DNA of 64,000 nucleotides, from the NCBI GenBank assembly GCA_040954595.2, contig CM082577.2:682001-746000 (forward strand), in the 5' to 3' direction. Source of the stretch: Balanoglossus misakiensis. Lineage: Eukaryota > Animalia > Hemichordata. This document shows positions 12,501 to 25,600 of the stretch, piece after piece (the stretch's first letter is position 1; each line of letters starts with the position of its first letter). A model generated the notes under the pieces. The model worked only from the letters and a program-made list of their open reading frames with translations, was not told the origin of the DNA and did no database searches. The position numbers and the translations under genes are program-made.

Positions 12501-15500
12501 CATCTCACCCACGGATCGGTGGTTTGAAGAATTGCCTTTTGAACGATTGGGGCCCTTCACCTTCTATGTTTACACTGTGTACTAAAATTAGCGGCTTGTC
12601 GATATAAGTTCAATGCCATGCTAATTAACCTTGAATCCCTCTGGTCCCAACCGAGACCAGGTTGCGTGGCACGTCCCTACGTTGCAGACAAAAAGCACCT
12701 CAGTTCGTTGAAATCGAACTTCAAGAAGGATTCCGACAGAAACTTGAACATGACCGCCAACTTGCGTCTGTCGCCACCCACGCACGCACCAAAATAGTTT
12801 ACAAATTGTGAAGAAGTAAAACGTGTAAATAACAAATAATTAACGTGCAATTTAAACCGCGGATTGAATTACCAATTAGTGCCAGGAGATATTGAAAGGT
12901 CGTACTTTACCGAAGCTGTGTTTTGTTAGGATGTGCAGCTGAGATAATTAAGAGAAAAAGTGTATTGTAGTCCCCAGAAAAGTGGTTTCCGACAGGAAAC
13001 TTCGAAGGCATGATAAATGGAGAAGGGCGATTGTGAAAAGACGCCGTGTCTATCGCAGCTGGCTGACTGCCATGTCCCGTGACGTCACAGCCACGGCGAC
13101 CAGAACCATTTGACACGATTTTAGTGTATTTGTCCTGTGGCCTGTCATCTTTTCAACATGATCTGTTCAAATACAGTCGATGAAAATTGGGAAAGTGGTC
13201 TGGTAGTGTGCTGCAGAAGGTCTTGTTCACGTCGAACGAGACACTTTCACTTCAATCCAATTGTAGCCTGACATTCAATCGTACTTGACTGTTGTAAAGA
13301 GTCTCCTTCACTGCATACTTGCCATAAGACCACCTGTTGATGTTGTAAGTGCCCATCGTTACGCGAGCAGACGTGTGCAACTGCCAGAAATTAAAACACA
13401 AAACATCTGGCGTGGAAATTTAACAGGCAAATACTACATTGCGCGCACACGTGTGCAAACACCATCTCGTCGGAATCACTGAAATCGAAAATATCAAACT
13501 TGAAGATAACCACAAAACCAAGAACAGACTTCTCCCTCTAGCCCGCGGTCTGTAACCCAATCCGTACCCTTCCCGCAACCCGAAATGACCGCAGTAAACT
13601 TGAAAAAGACGCGCACTGTACGATTAAACACGGTCCCATTAGATTAAGCCCATAAACGGCATCTCTCGTCTACTTATTAAACGATCATGCAAGTTACCAC
13701 TTCGCCGGCAGCTCTTTAGATAACGGAACTATATACTGTGATAGTCACCCCACCCCTATTGTGTGGATGTTGAGGAAAACTTTCAGGGTGCAGTTTAATC
13801 GCCCCTGAGCAGCGCTTTTCTCATGTAACCTAGATTTATGTCCGGGGTTGAAGTTTCTTGTCCGGTTTTCCCGTGTGACAGCAGGTCGGTGTAAACGCTA
13901 GACACTGCCAGAATGTGCTCGGGTCATTCTAAGGTGACTACTGCCACCCGAATGAATGAATGAAATGGTTGGTGAAGAGATGAGACATAAACGAGTTATT
14001 GGCAAAATCTCAAAACCAGAAGCCTTCACACTTCCTTAGTTCGCCGTTCTATCCTCCTTCGTAAAGTTCCTGGCCGGGTTACTGCATAGAATTAAACTGC
14101 TTTATTTCTCTTTGCGGTTTTGTCCTAAGGCTTACTTGCGATGATCAGACAAGGAGGTTATTTATCTTGCATTTGTAGTCCTACGTCAGGTATCAAAGGC
14201 GTTTTATTGCTCAGGTCAGAAGGGTCGCGGGGGTGCAAAGCTGCCGCGACGCCGCTCAGCGGTGTACAGTGTAAATGGACGGAGTGCGCGCTAAAAACAG
14301 ATGGGACTAAAACACACCCAAAATCGCTGCAAATTTGCGCCAATTGATTGTCCTCGTGTTAAATAAACTCAGACAATGCAGATTTTTTGGACTTGGAGTT
14401 TGGTTTTCGCAACCACCTGTCAGCGGTTGTGTGGTTTTGACAGCGTGTATAGAGCGAGACTGAGAATTGGGGGGGGGGGGACACACAAAACGACACTAAC
14501 TAGTACCTGGCCGATTGGCAGGGCTAACATTTGCCATTCATGTCACATAATAGCACTATTTTAAGACTAGTGACGACAGTCGTCACCGGATGAATAGGTC
14601 TCTGTACCTGACCAAGAAGCCGTGTATGATGTCCGATTTAACTGTTGAAGCTTTGATATGATAGTGGCAGGCCCTGTCTCAAAATTTTAGCGTCCCAAGT
14701 CTCCAAGCCACAAAAATGTCGATAATTATAATTTTGCCATGCTGCATGTCGGTGTTTCATTGACACTTCGTGTAACCAATTCCGATAGGGTTAGCGTGTA
14801 AGTGGTTCATTTTTTGTCCGAGTACAACCTGTGGTCATAAAATAGTCGAAAATGACACCTGGGAACTCGAGGTGACATGGCGCGTTGACGTTTTCGTTGT
14901 TTGTTTGCACACAACTTCTATGCGAAGTACTCTGAGCAACTTGGGCGGAGTGTACTACTGGAGAAATCTCAACAGCTATTACCCTGAAAAGAATGCTGAC
15001 CTTTCCTGGCCAGTGGCATGCAATCGCTCTTCCCTTGCTGCACTCTAAGGTCATACATTTTACCACATTGGCTTTATAACCGGTCGCCAGGGAGATAAGA
15101 TACCTTGTAATAATTTGTCGAAGACCGGGTCCTCGACAGTTACTTGGAAACCCAGCTAATGCGCGAGTGATCATATTTGGTAACCAGCCTTGATCTTTCC
15201 GGGCTGTGTGCGTAATCATGGCCGTTCGTTGAGCCCCCGGTTGATTGACACACGACAGTTTGGTCTCCACAGATTTTAAACAGAACTGAGATTTAATTAA
15301 GGCTCTTTACGAATAATTAGCGGTTAAAAGTCAACAAAAAACGTTCTAAGATGCAGCTATATACAATACATTAGTATCTCAAAAGTTGTATGTAATGGTC
15401 AAAACCACTTCGGTCCAATCTTTCAAATTTGTCCGTAAAAAAGAAATGCTCTGATAAACATATGTACACGTCGTTTGAAATTCTCATAACTTTGTCTGGT

Positions 15501-15944
15501 TTGGCGTGGCCCAAGGCCATTCGGCGGCTTTCAAAGTCCACCTTGATGAAATATGGTCTCATGTCTACACTGTCGACTGACCAGACCTCCTGTTCTACTG
15601 TACATCGACTCGACTGCAACTCAGGCTTAACAAAGTCACTTTAGAAACATGGAGTTTTTCCTTGACATGAGGAAAGTCTTAGCAAAGCATCATGTTATTC
15701 TTGGGTTAGCTTTTTTAGTGACGGCCTGACAATAGTTGTTTTGGGTTTTAACAGAGACAGGTAGTCTGAAGTGGACAATCCCTTCTTCATAGTTTGTGTT
15801 TAGGATTTCGCACCTTTTTTCCAACGTCCACAAATTCTGAACAGTTAAGTACATGATGGACACTTATGTAACGGCGCGTGTTAGCGTCCAGGATTAAAAC
15901 TTTCAAAAATAATGTTAGTTATCCTAGGATGCTTACGGATGCTT

Positions 15945-16727
15945 TCATGTGTCAAATATTTCCTGAAAGTTCGACTCTAATCTTTGTAAACGTTCCTCCA
16001 ACTTGTAAAGTCTCGTCTTCAGTGACTTATTTTCTTGTCGAAGTCGATCCACCTCCACAGTACACGTTTGACCCGCGATTGCCGGGCTCTTCCATGTCGG
16101 GTCACTGTCGGAAGTTTTCGAGACTGTCGACCGGTGTTCCGAATGAGTGTAATTGCGGTTGCCTGAAACCTTCACGTTATCCACGGTGACGTCATGTTGG
16201 CACACCGACCGCGTTTTACGGGATTTCTTCTCGTTTGTCGCTCCAGCATCTCGTTCCGTCGTTAGGTGCGCCGTAATGGTCACCGTGAAACTTTCGTCAT
16301 TTTCTCCGCTGGTTTGAGAAGTGTCGAGAAGTCCACCCAATGCCCCTTCGTCGCGGACACTGTCATCCTTTTGCATGCGAACTGTAACTTCAGGAACAGT
16401 TTTCTCCAAGACCTCCTCTTTTCCCGAAAGTTCACTCACTTTTGCCTCCAGCTCCTCATATTTTTGCATCAGTTTCGAAACTTCCACGTAGGCCAGGCTC
16501 AAGTCGCGTTCATCCGGACAGGTACCATCAAGCAAAGCAGGCACGGCAAAGGAAAACTTACAAGTGTCCGTCTTCTTACGAACGCGTAAAAACCTCGCGC
16601 AATTGTAGATATGCACCCGTGGACACGATGATGATGCCGAACACGTTACAATAGACAGGGTGGCGGCCATTAGAAGCCGCACGACCAGAACAGAAAAGCT
16701 TCTGTGCGAGCGCGTTGTCAGTGCCAT
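15945..16727 (-). CDS. Single-exon secreted coiled-coil protein (~260 aa) with an angiopoietin/ANGPTL-like N-terminal motif and no fibrinogen domain
   Basis: Long ORF. ATG at 16727 in strong context (GTCACCATGG). Hydrophobic signal-like segment (FSVLVVRLLMAATLSIVTCSA), CKFSFAVP...CP motif followed by a heptad coil, RKTR furin-type site, second coil VEVDRLRQENKSLKTRLYKLEERLQRLE, then stop. An upstream in-frame ATG at 16790 is an alternative start. Confidence 0.65.
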   Translation of the reverse strand: MALTTRSHRSFSVLVVRLLMAATLSIVTCSASSSCPRVHIYNCARFLRVRKKTDTCKFSFAVPALLDGTCPDERDLSLAYVEVSKLMQKYEELEAKVSELSGKEEVLEKTVPEVTVRMQKDDSVRDEGALGGLLDTSQTSGENDESFTVTITAHLTTERDAGATNEKKSRKTRSVCQHDVTVDNVKVSGNRNYTHSEHRSTVSKTSDSDPTWKSPAIAGQTCTVEVDRLRQENKSLKTRLYKLEERLQRLESNFQEIFDT

Positions 16728-19700
16728 GGTGACTCCGATACGAATGACCAACACGGCGCAGGTAGACTCAAATTTAAAGAGTGAGCGCATAAGCACCTCC
16801 TTTTGTGCTATGTTGCCATTATGGGATTTCGCCACTAAAATAAACAGACTTTACGCGGAGTATCACACGGGAAATTACCCATATCACAGAGATAGGTAGC
16901 CTTTGTCTACGAAGGACTCGACTTCCGGTACATGGCGATTGACCCTCTGCGCAGGTGGTTTATGAACATAATAGAAAACAGCACATGATTCAGTGTTTAC
17001 CGTTGCACTTTGAGATCCATTTGGTGTTCCAACCCAGACGCGAAGGTAGAGACAGGCGGGGAGACCTGACGTGTTCTCGCGTGGTTCTACACCACGAATG
17101 TACTAAAGGAAAAAAGTGAAAAGAGTGGGAAATCTTTGGTTCGCATTTTTTGCCTGCTTTCTAAAGTTAGCGAATTCTACCAGCCAACGTTCGTTTTAGA
17201 CCGGCGATGCGTGAAGTGGGACATGAAACGAAGGCTCCTTTTAAAGTCAAGCACGGCTATGAATGTTAATATTAACATAGTCCCTTTAAACATGTTAAAA
17301 TAGAACCAATAAAAACAACAACAGCAACCCCGCTCTCTCCTTTCTTCTTTATCATTGGAGCAAGTTATGGTAATGTACTGTTTTGACCTATCAGAGACGA
17401 TGCAAAAATCCGTACTTTATCCAGATAGTACGTCGTTCAAAATCTGACCACAGGAAGAGGTATGGCTTGCGGTTATATGCAGAAGGTCTCAAAGCGACAT
17501 TGAACAACCGACGTCAACAGATTAATCTATAAGTGAAAGATGAGCGCCAAAGCTTTAAAAAACAAGAAAGTATGCCAGGCTTTTCGGGATCAGGCAACTT
17601 CAAAGACGTGTATCGATGCCAACGACAACGTCGTTGATGTGTGTTTGTGAGCTGATCATCGTTTTTAATTCTTTGCTGTCATTTGCTTTTCTTCGGAAAG
17701 TAGTTCATCCCTTGTCTCGGTTTGAATTTGCGATATTTGGGCTAAATTCGTGTTTTTTGTCAATTTCTTCGCATAAAACATAGTAACTCAAAAGTGTATT
17801 AGTTGTATACTTGGAGTACAGCAAATCTGTTGATTTGGGTCCATTAATGCATAAAAACCGCATTTTATGTGACGTCACCTTCTCTCATCTAGACAGACAT
17901 GCTTTATAACGAGATCACCGTCTCCTACGTTGATGGGTTAGTCAAAAGCCAGTGTTACGCTCCGTCTTATTGCTTTCCAGAATACTTCAGTTGAAGTTAT
18001 CGAGTCTGCTAGTCTGCGTCCGGCTGACACACACTCATGCCACTTGACTTCCGAATTGAATCGGAACGCATGGCTTTATCATCTCTGTCATTTCCGAAAC
18101 GCGTATATCTGTAGGGAATGTAGAAAATTTAATTGAGTCAAATACTTCAAGCGAAAAAGGAGGCCAAGGGTGTGGGTGTTTAATAACAGAGAGAGGGGGC
18201 GAGCTAGTAGCGAGAGAGAGGGGGGAGAGAGAGGGATTTTAACTATACTTGTGCACGGTAGCTAACATCTACACAACTGGAAGACATATTTTTCAGCAAA
18301 GTTGATGTTCTTCTATAAACGACTGTGTAGGTCTCGGAGGTGTCAGAACATAAAAGTGTGTGAACATTGTGCGCCGGTACATATTGTAGTGTAGAGAAAG
18401 AGCGAGTAACGTCGTGTTTTGTTCCTGCAATGACTGTTAAACTCTTTTTCTTTAGTTAGGGGTAAATCCTGCTTGCAGATCACGTATAGTGACGTAAGGG
18501 GTGAATTGAAGGGCTCTCCAACGATTAGAATGGGCAAGGAGTCTGCGCAGTGTCTCCAAACTATAGAAAAAAAACTTCTCACTTCGCAGAAAGAGTGAGA
18601 ACTTGCTCCCAACTAGGGAGACCTATGAGACGAGGTTTTCTAAATCGACTGTGAAATGACAGGTTTTGGTCTGCTTGTGCTAAAAGAAGATACCGGTGCA
18701 AATCTAAAGAAACGGTTCACCCCACCAACAAAAATGGGCCAGCGTTGTTGTTTTTTTGTTCAAAATTGACAGCAGGCTTCATTTTGCAATTGTCACGTGT
18801 TTTGTGTTCAGGTAGGGGCGGGGTTCACCTAAGAGCAGTGACCCTGCACTTGAGGTTTTGAAGAGACCTCGCAATTGCTAGCACTGCAGGATTGACTCCA
18901 ACCACTTCAAAAACGGTGACAGAGTTACTCCTCGTGAATAACCCCAGACTTGTCTGATTTACAACACAGCAATAGCAAAAGAGTGATGTCCCTCCTGTTA
19001 CTGAAAAGACATATTAACTGTCCTGGAAACATGACGTGTCAAAAAGCGTCTGTGTCCTTGGAGAAATTCAGTACATGTCCCGAGTCTCATTTTAAGGCTG
19101 ACTTGGGGCCTACTTCTTATTCTTATATATTATTTATGACGTTGTATACGACTGCGAACTGTTAGGATTGAACCTTCATTATTGTTTATGATCTTCAAGT
19201 GAGTGTGGGGGAATAAAGGTGGTCAAAGCGAGGCTGTGTACACACAGAACACGCCTTTATTTTAAGTTTCACAGGAAAATAATGAAATGGTGAGAACAGG
19301 ATCTCATAAGGTTTATATACCTTTCTCTCCGTGGTTTCTTTTATCTTTTGCGACATTCAATGGCTCTATTAAAGCCTGTTCCACTAAAGACATCATAATT
19401 GTTGTAGGTTTCCCGCCTTTGTCGACTGAGAGAGTGTTATAGAGCCGAGAGAAGTGAGTGGTGGAATCGTGTGAATAAAAGTTGCCTGATTGATTGATTG
19501 ATTGATCGACCGATCAATTTATTAATATTTTTAACACAAGATAATGGAAGCCAACCAAGGGCGTTGCATGTCACGAATAAAACATACTGTTCTGCTGAGA
19601 CCAGGGGCGTACAAATGTCTCTACAAACATCTGAGAATCTCGGTGATAAGACCATGGACGACAAGGATGGCTGTTGCGGCGACTCTCATCAAAACAAAAA

Positions 19701-22649
19701 AGTGATTAATTGTACTTTGAATGTATGCGACTATAAATGCATAAGAAAGGGGCGTGCTGTTTTTATAAATTTCCTCAGGGCATTGTATTGAAGTATACCC
19801 TCATTTTACACGTGTCGGTTGGCCCGGTGTCGCCCGCGGGTGAATTAAGATAGCTTTATGATAACCGCCAACGACAACAGCTTTTTTATCTCTAATGTTT
19901 GTCCGCCGAAAATTAGATGGTCACTCTCGTGTGAGTTTAAATGTGGGTTCCCCGGCCGAGCACACAAAGCCTACGTGTATAGACGCACTCATGATCTGGG
20001 GGCCCTTTGGACAGTTATTCTATTGTGTTATGCTCATCCAGCAGAGCAACCAAACTGTAACACACAACGAGGATATTAGATAAGTAAATGAGGCCATAAA
20101 GACGACGATCTTTGCCTCAAATTGTATCTCCGGAACATTTTTTGCTTCGCGACTTTGCCCTGGGTGTAACGCTGACTGAAATAGACACACAAACTTGTTG
20201 ACGTTTGGTACCTACTCACTCCGTGGCAGGTAGCAATGTTGCTATGTTGTTTTTTGGTTGATAGGCACCGAACTGGTGCCAACCACGCACCCAGGTAGTC
20301 GACGAGACTGACCGTTGCTTTGTCCATATTTAGCCATCAGACGGTGTTTTCATTAACGTAGTTGTTCAGCTTCTGTGATCGGCTAAAAATAAACTTTGCG
20401 AATTGGCATTTCCGATAGGAAAACTTACTGCTCCACGCCGACCTCAAACTTTATATCAGTTAGAATTCTGTTTAAGAGAGGACAAGTTTTGTTGCCGAAG
20501 ATATGTAAAATGGTTCAATGCGAGTATCATTGAAGGTCCGCTGCAGCCCTTGATTTCAAAACTATGCTGAATGTTTTCATGGATGCTTAACCTCGGCCTC
20601 CTAACGTCACAAGTTTGCTCTGTTGGTCGAGTGATTGATTTGCAACCAAATGCATTACCGCCTAGTTGGACCATACTCTACATGGTTGGACGGATGGATT
20701 GCTAGCAAGATGGGCCCTGGCAAGCAAGCTAAGGGTCGTTGACCCGAACCCCTTCCTGCGCTGCCCGAATAAAGCCGAATGAATAATCAATATAACTTTT
20801 TGACGGATATTCAAATCGTTGTACTTACATGGCTTAGTTTTGTGCTCAATCGACATAGTTTCATACCGTCATTAATCAAATGATTTGTAACTTTGAATGG
20901 AATTTAACTGAAAGGAATATGAGATCCCATATCGCTATGGTAACATCAAAGTATAAAATTAACACAATCTTCCGCCTTACTACGAATGACCCGGAATTTC
21001 AGTACAAACTGTGGATTTCTTCGCTGACGTCATCGTAGCTTCGCGATGTTGATTCAACAAACGTTAATGCTCCTCTTTTCAAAAAATGCGATTTTTTTCT
21101 CTTCTGAAGTCCTTGTTTTACAATCAGTTCCTGGCGATAATCAGGTCACCAAGGTCACATTCTCTAACGGACGGCATCTTTTGTGTTAAATTGTTGAAAT
21201 GATAATTGGCGCATTGGAGGTAGACGGATCGATATTTGGCGTTATAGTTAGTTCAACTTACACTACGGTGTAATATTCGCAGAAAAATAAGACTATGCTT
21301 TCTTGGTATTAATTTCATACTGACTGGCAGATTTTTGCTAATTTCTTTATTCACCCTTGTGGATCAAAAGTAAAAACTGCCAAGTCATTAAATTGGTTAA
21401 AAAAGATTTATTGGAAGGTTAACCTGCGTATGTCTAGGTCACTTAATCTTGAGAATTTGAAATATTTATACGAGCCAGAAAAGTTCGAAGTTTAAAGATA
21501 AAACAGATCAAATTTGCACAAACAGGGTAGTGTACCGCAAAATAACTTCATGCTCACTCTTCTTAACTGTGAAAAGATGACCATTTTTGTAAATAGTCTC
21601 AGTCAAGTCCTCTAAGAGCCAATGCAATCGAAAAGAAAATTCTCTAAGACCAAGATGAAGTTGCAGTTTCATCACATGGACGAGAATGTTTGAATAATAA
21701 TATAATCCTTTTTTCCTTCGACGGTAAAATAACTGAATGATGACGTCATCGCAGAGTGTGGAATTTGGTCATTTAATTCTGCGATATCCGGCCGCGTGGG
21801 GGCGTCTTTGTGTAGTACATGTATTGTGTCTTCTTGCTTTTCTGTGCTGTAACAAGTATCATCATTCTGTTCTTTGCTCTTAAGCATCTTTTGATGGTCT
21901 TTCCATGAAATTTAGAAAACACAAAGGGAACGTGATTCCAGCGATGTAGTCAACAAAACCATAATTGAGGGGTTCATAGTCCGAATAGAAATGACAAAGA
22001 TGTGATCCCGTCCACGATTGTACACTACAGAAGTAATTTATGAAAATATGTTCCATAACTGCATGATTGCTGCTATATTTGTCATTGAACAATAAAGTCA
22101 GCTGACAGTTTGCGATCGTTTTTATTGCCTCGTAAAACGAAAGACGTTGAATTTTAGGCTGTAGAGGGCAGACCTCATGTGATTCAGTGAGTCAGTGTTT
22201 GGATGATGTCCCTGCACCAAAATCAGGTCTCCACAATATTTACACAAATGAGCAAGAAGTTATTTGGATGAGAATTCTAACAATCCAAAGGAAGAGCAAC
22301 TGCCACCGACATGATGGGTGTGTCTGTATATTGCGTCATTTGATCATGAACCAAGAGATGTTTATCAATGAAACAAAATACTAATGGATACTAATGTTAC
22401 AGAGTATGAAAATCACAACGAAAGAATATTGAAGTGCCCGACTCTTGATTTGAACTATTACTAAACCGATGATATAGGTAAAATGATAAGAAGCGTACAA
22501 GGTGAAACTTAATGGGTCTATAAAGTTAATCAAATACCTTTTTACGAGTTAAAGTCATGCCACTTCATGGCACGAGATTGCTGTACATTGTATTTTAATT
22601 AAGTGTCTGTATTTCTTTCTGTATCCGTTCATGAAAGTGTTCAAATTCC

Positions 22650-25600
22650 AATTTCGATATTTCGGAAAGTCGAAAAAATTATCATTTGTGGATGATTTTC
22701 ATGAGCTATAACCCATGATATTTTCAAAAAATGAAGAAATTTTGAAATTTCGGAAAGTCGAAAAATTGTCATTTGTGGATGATTTTCATGAGCTATAACC
22801 CATGATTTTTTCAAAAAATGAAGAAATTTTGAAATTTCGGAAAGTCGAAAAATTGTCATTTGTGGATGATTTTCATGAGCTATAACCCATGATATTTTCA
22901 AAAAATGAAGAAATTTTGAAATTTCGGAAAGTCGAAAAATTGTCATTTGTGGATGATTTTCATGAGCTATAACCCATGATTTTTTCAAAAAATGAAGAAA
23001 TTTTGAAATTTCGGAAAGTCGAAAAATTGTCATTTGTGGATGATTTTCATGAGCTATAACCCATGATTTTTTCAAAAAATGAAGAAATTTTGAAATTTCG
23101 GAAAGTCGAAAAATTGTCATTTGTGGATGATTTTCATGAGCTATAACCCATGATTTTGTTCAAAAAATGAAGAAATTTTGAAATTTCGGAAAGTCGAGAA
23201 ATTGTCATTTGTGGATGATTTTCATGAGCTATAACCCATGATATTTTCAAAAAATGAAGAAATTTTGAAATTTCGGAAAGTCGAAAAATTGTCATTTGTG
23301 GATGATTTTCATGAGCTATATTATATTAAACCCATGATTTTTTCAAAAAATGAAGAAATTTTGAAATTTCGGAAAGTCGAAAAATTGTCATTTGTGGATG
23401 ATTTTCATGAGCTATAACCCATGATTTTTTCAAAAAATGAAGAAATTTTGAAATTTCGGAAAGTCGAAAAATTGTCATTTGTGGATGATTTTCATGAGCT
23501 ATAACCCATGATTTTTTCAAAAAATGAAGAAATTTTGAAATTTCGGAAAGTCGAAAAATTGTCATTTGTGGATGATTTTCATGAGCTATAACCCATGATT
23601 TTTTTCAAAAAATGAAGAAATTTTGAAATTTCGGAAAGTCGAAAAATTGTCATTTGTGGATGATTTTCATGAGCTATAACCCATGATATTTTCAAAAAAT
23701 GAAGAAATTTTGAAATTTCGGAAAGTCGAAAAATTGTCATTTGTGGATGATTTTCATGAGCTATAACCCATGATTTTTTCAAAAAATAAAGAAATTTTGA
23801 AATTTCGGAAAGTCGAAAAATTGTCATTTGTGGATGATTTTCATGAGCTATAACCCATGATTTTTTCAAAAAATGAAGAAATTTTGAAATTTCGGAAAGT
23901 CGAAAAATTGTCATTTGTGGATGATTTTCATGAGCTATAACCCATGATTTTTTCAAAAAATGAAGAAATTTTGAAATTTCGCAAAGTCGAAAAATTGTCA
24001 TTTGTGGATGATTTTCATGAGCTATAACCCATGATATTTTCAAAAAATGAAGAAATTTTGAAATTTCGGAAAGTCGAAAAATTGTCATTTGTGGATGATT
24101 TTCATGACCTATAACCCATGATTTTTTCAAAAAATGAAGAAATTTTGAAATTTCGGAAAGTCGAAAAATTGTCATTTGTGGATGATTTTCATGAGCTATA
24201 ACCCATGATTTTTTCAAAAAATGAAGAAATTTTGAAATTTCGGAAAGTCGAAAAATTGTCATTTGTGGATGATTTTCATGAGCTATAACCCATGATTTTT
24301 TCAAAAAATGAAGAAATTTTGAAATTTCGGAAAGTCGAAAAATTGTCATTTGTGGATGATTTTCATGAGCTATAACCCATGATTTTTTCAAAAAATGAAG
24401 AAATTTTGAAATTTCGGAAAGTCGAAAAATTGTCATTTGTGGATGATTTTCATGAGCTATAACCCATGATTTTTTCAAAAAATGAAGAAATTTTGAAATT
24501 TCGGAAAGTCGAAAAATTGTCATTTGTGGATGATTTTCATGAGCTATAACCCATGATTTTTTCAAAAAATGAAGAAATTTTGAAATTTCGGAAAGTCGAA
24601 AAATTGTCATTTGTGGATGATTTTCATGAGCTATAACCCATGATATTTTCAAAAAATGAAGAAATTTTGAAATTTCGGAAAGTCGAAAAATTGTCATTTG
24701 TGGATGATTTTCATGAGCTATAACCCATGATATTTTCAAAAAATGAAGAAATTTTGAAATTTGGGAAAGTCGAAAAATTGTCATTTGTGGATGATTTTCA
24801 TGAGCTATAACCCATGATTTTTTCAAAAAATGAAGAAATTTTGAAATTTGGGAAAGTCGAAAAATTGTCATTTGTGGATGATTTTCATGAGCTATAACCC
24901 ATGATTTTTTCAAAAAATGAAGAAATTTTGAAATTTCGGAAAGTCGAAAAATTGTCATTTGTGGATGATTTTCATGAGCTATAACCCATGATTTTTTCAA
25001 AAAATGAAGACATTTTGAAATTTCGGAAAGTCGAAAAATTGTCATTTGTGGATGATTTTCATGAGCTATAACCCATGATTTTTTCAAAAAATGAAGAAAT
25101 TTTGAAATTTCGGAAAGTCGAAAAATTGTCATTTGTGGATGATTTTCATGAGCTATAACCCATGATTTTTTTCAAAAAATGAATAAATTTTGAAATTTCG
25201 GAAAGTCGAAAAATTGTCATTTGTGGATGATTTTCATGAGCTATAACCCATGATTTTTTTCAAAAAATGAATAAATTTTGAAATTTCGGAAAGTCGAAAA
25301 ATTGTCATTTCTGGATGATTTTCATGACCTATAACCCATGATATTTTCAAAAAATGAATAAATTTTGAAATTTCGGAAAGTCGAAAAATTGTCATTTGTG
25401 GATGATTTTCATGAGCTATAACCCATGATTTTTTCAAAAAATGAAGAAATTTTGAAATTTCGGAAAGTCGAAAAATTGTCATTTGTGGATGATTTTCATG
25501 AGCTATAACCCATGATTTTTTCAAAAAATGAAGAAATTTTGAAATTTCGGAAAGTCGAAAAATTGTCATTTGTGGATGATTTTCATGAGCTATAACCCAT

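Noticed and set aside
14791-15619. ORFs downstream of the angiopoietin-like gene as a missing fibrinogen domain
   Set aside because: No FReD motifs (such as GGWTVIQRR or GEFWLG) and no clear splice donor before the stop.
23579-25132. 517-aa ORF and similar ORFs in both arrays as real genes
   Set aside because: They are translations of the satellite monomer, broken by homopolymer indels, and the frame is not kept in the 88-bp sister array.
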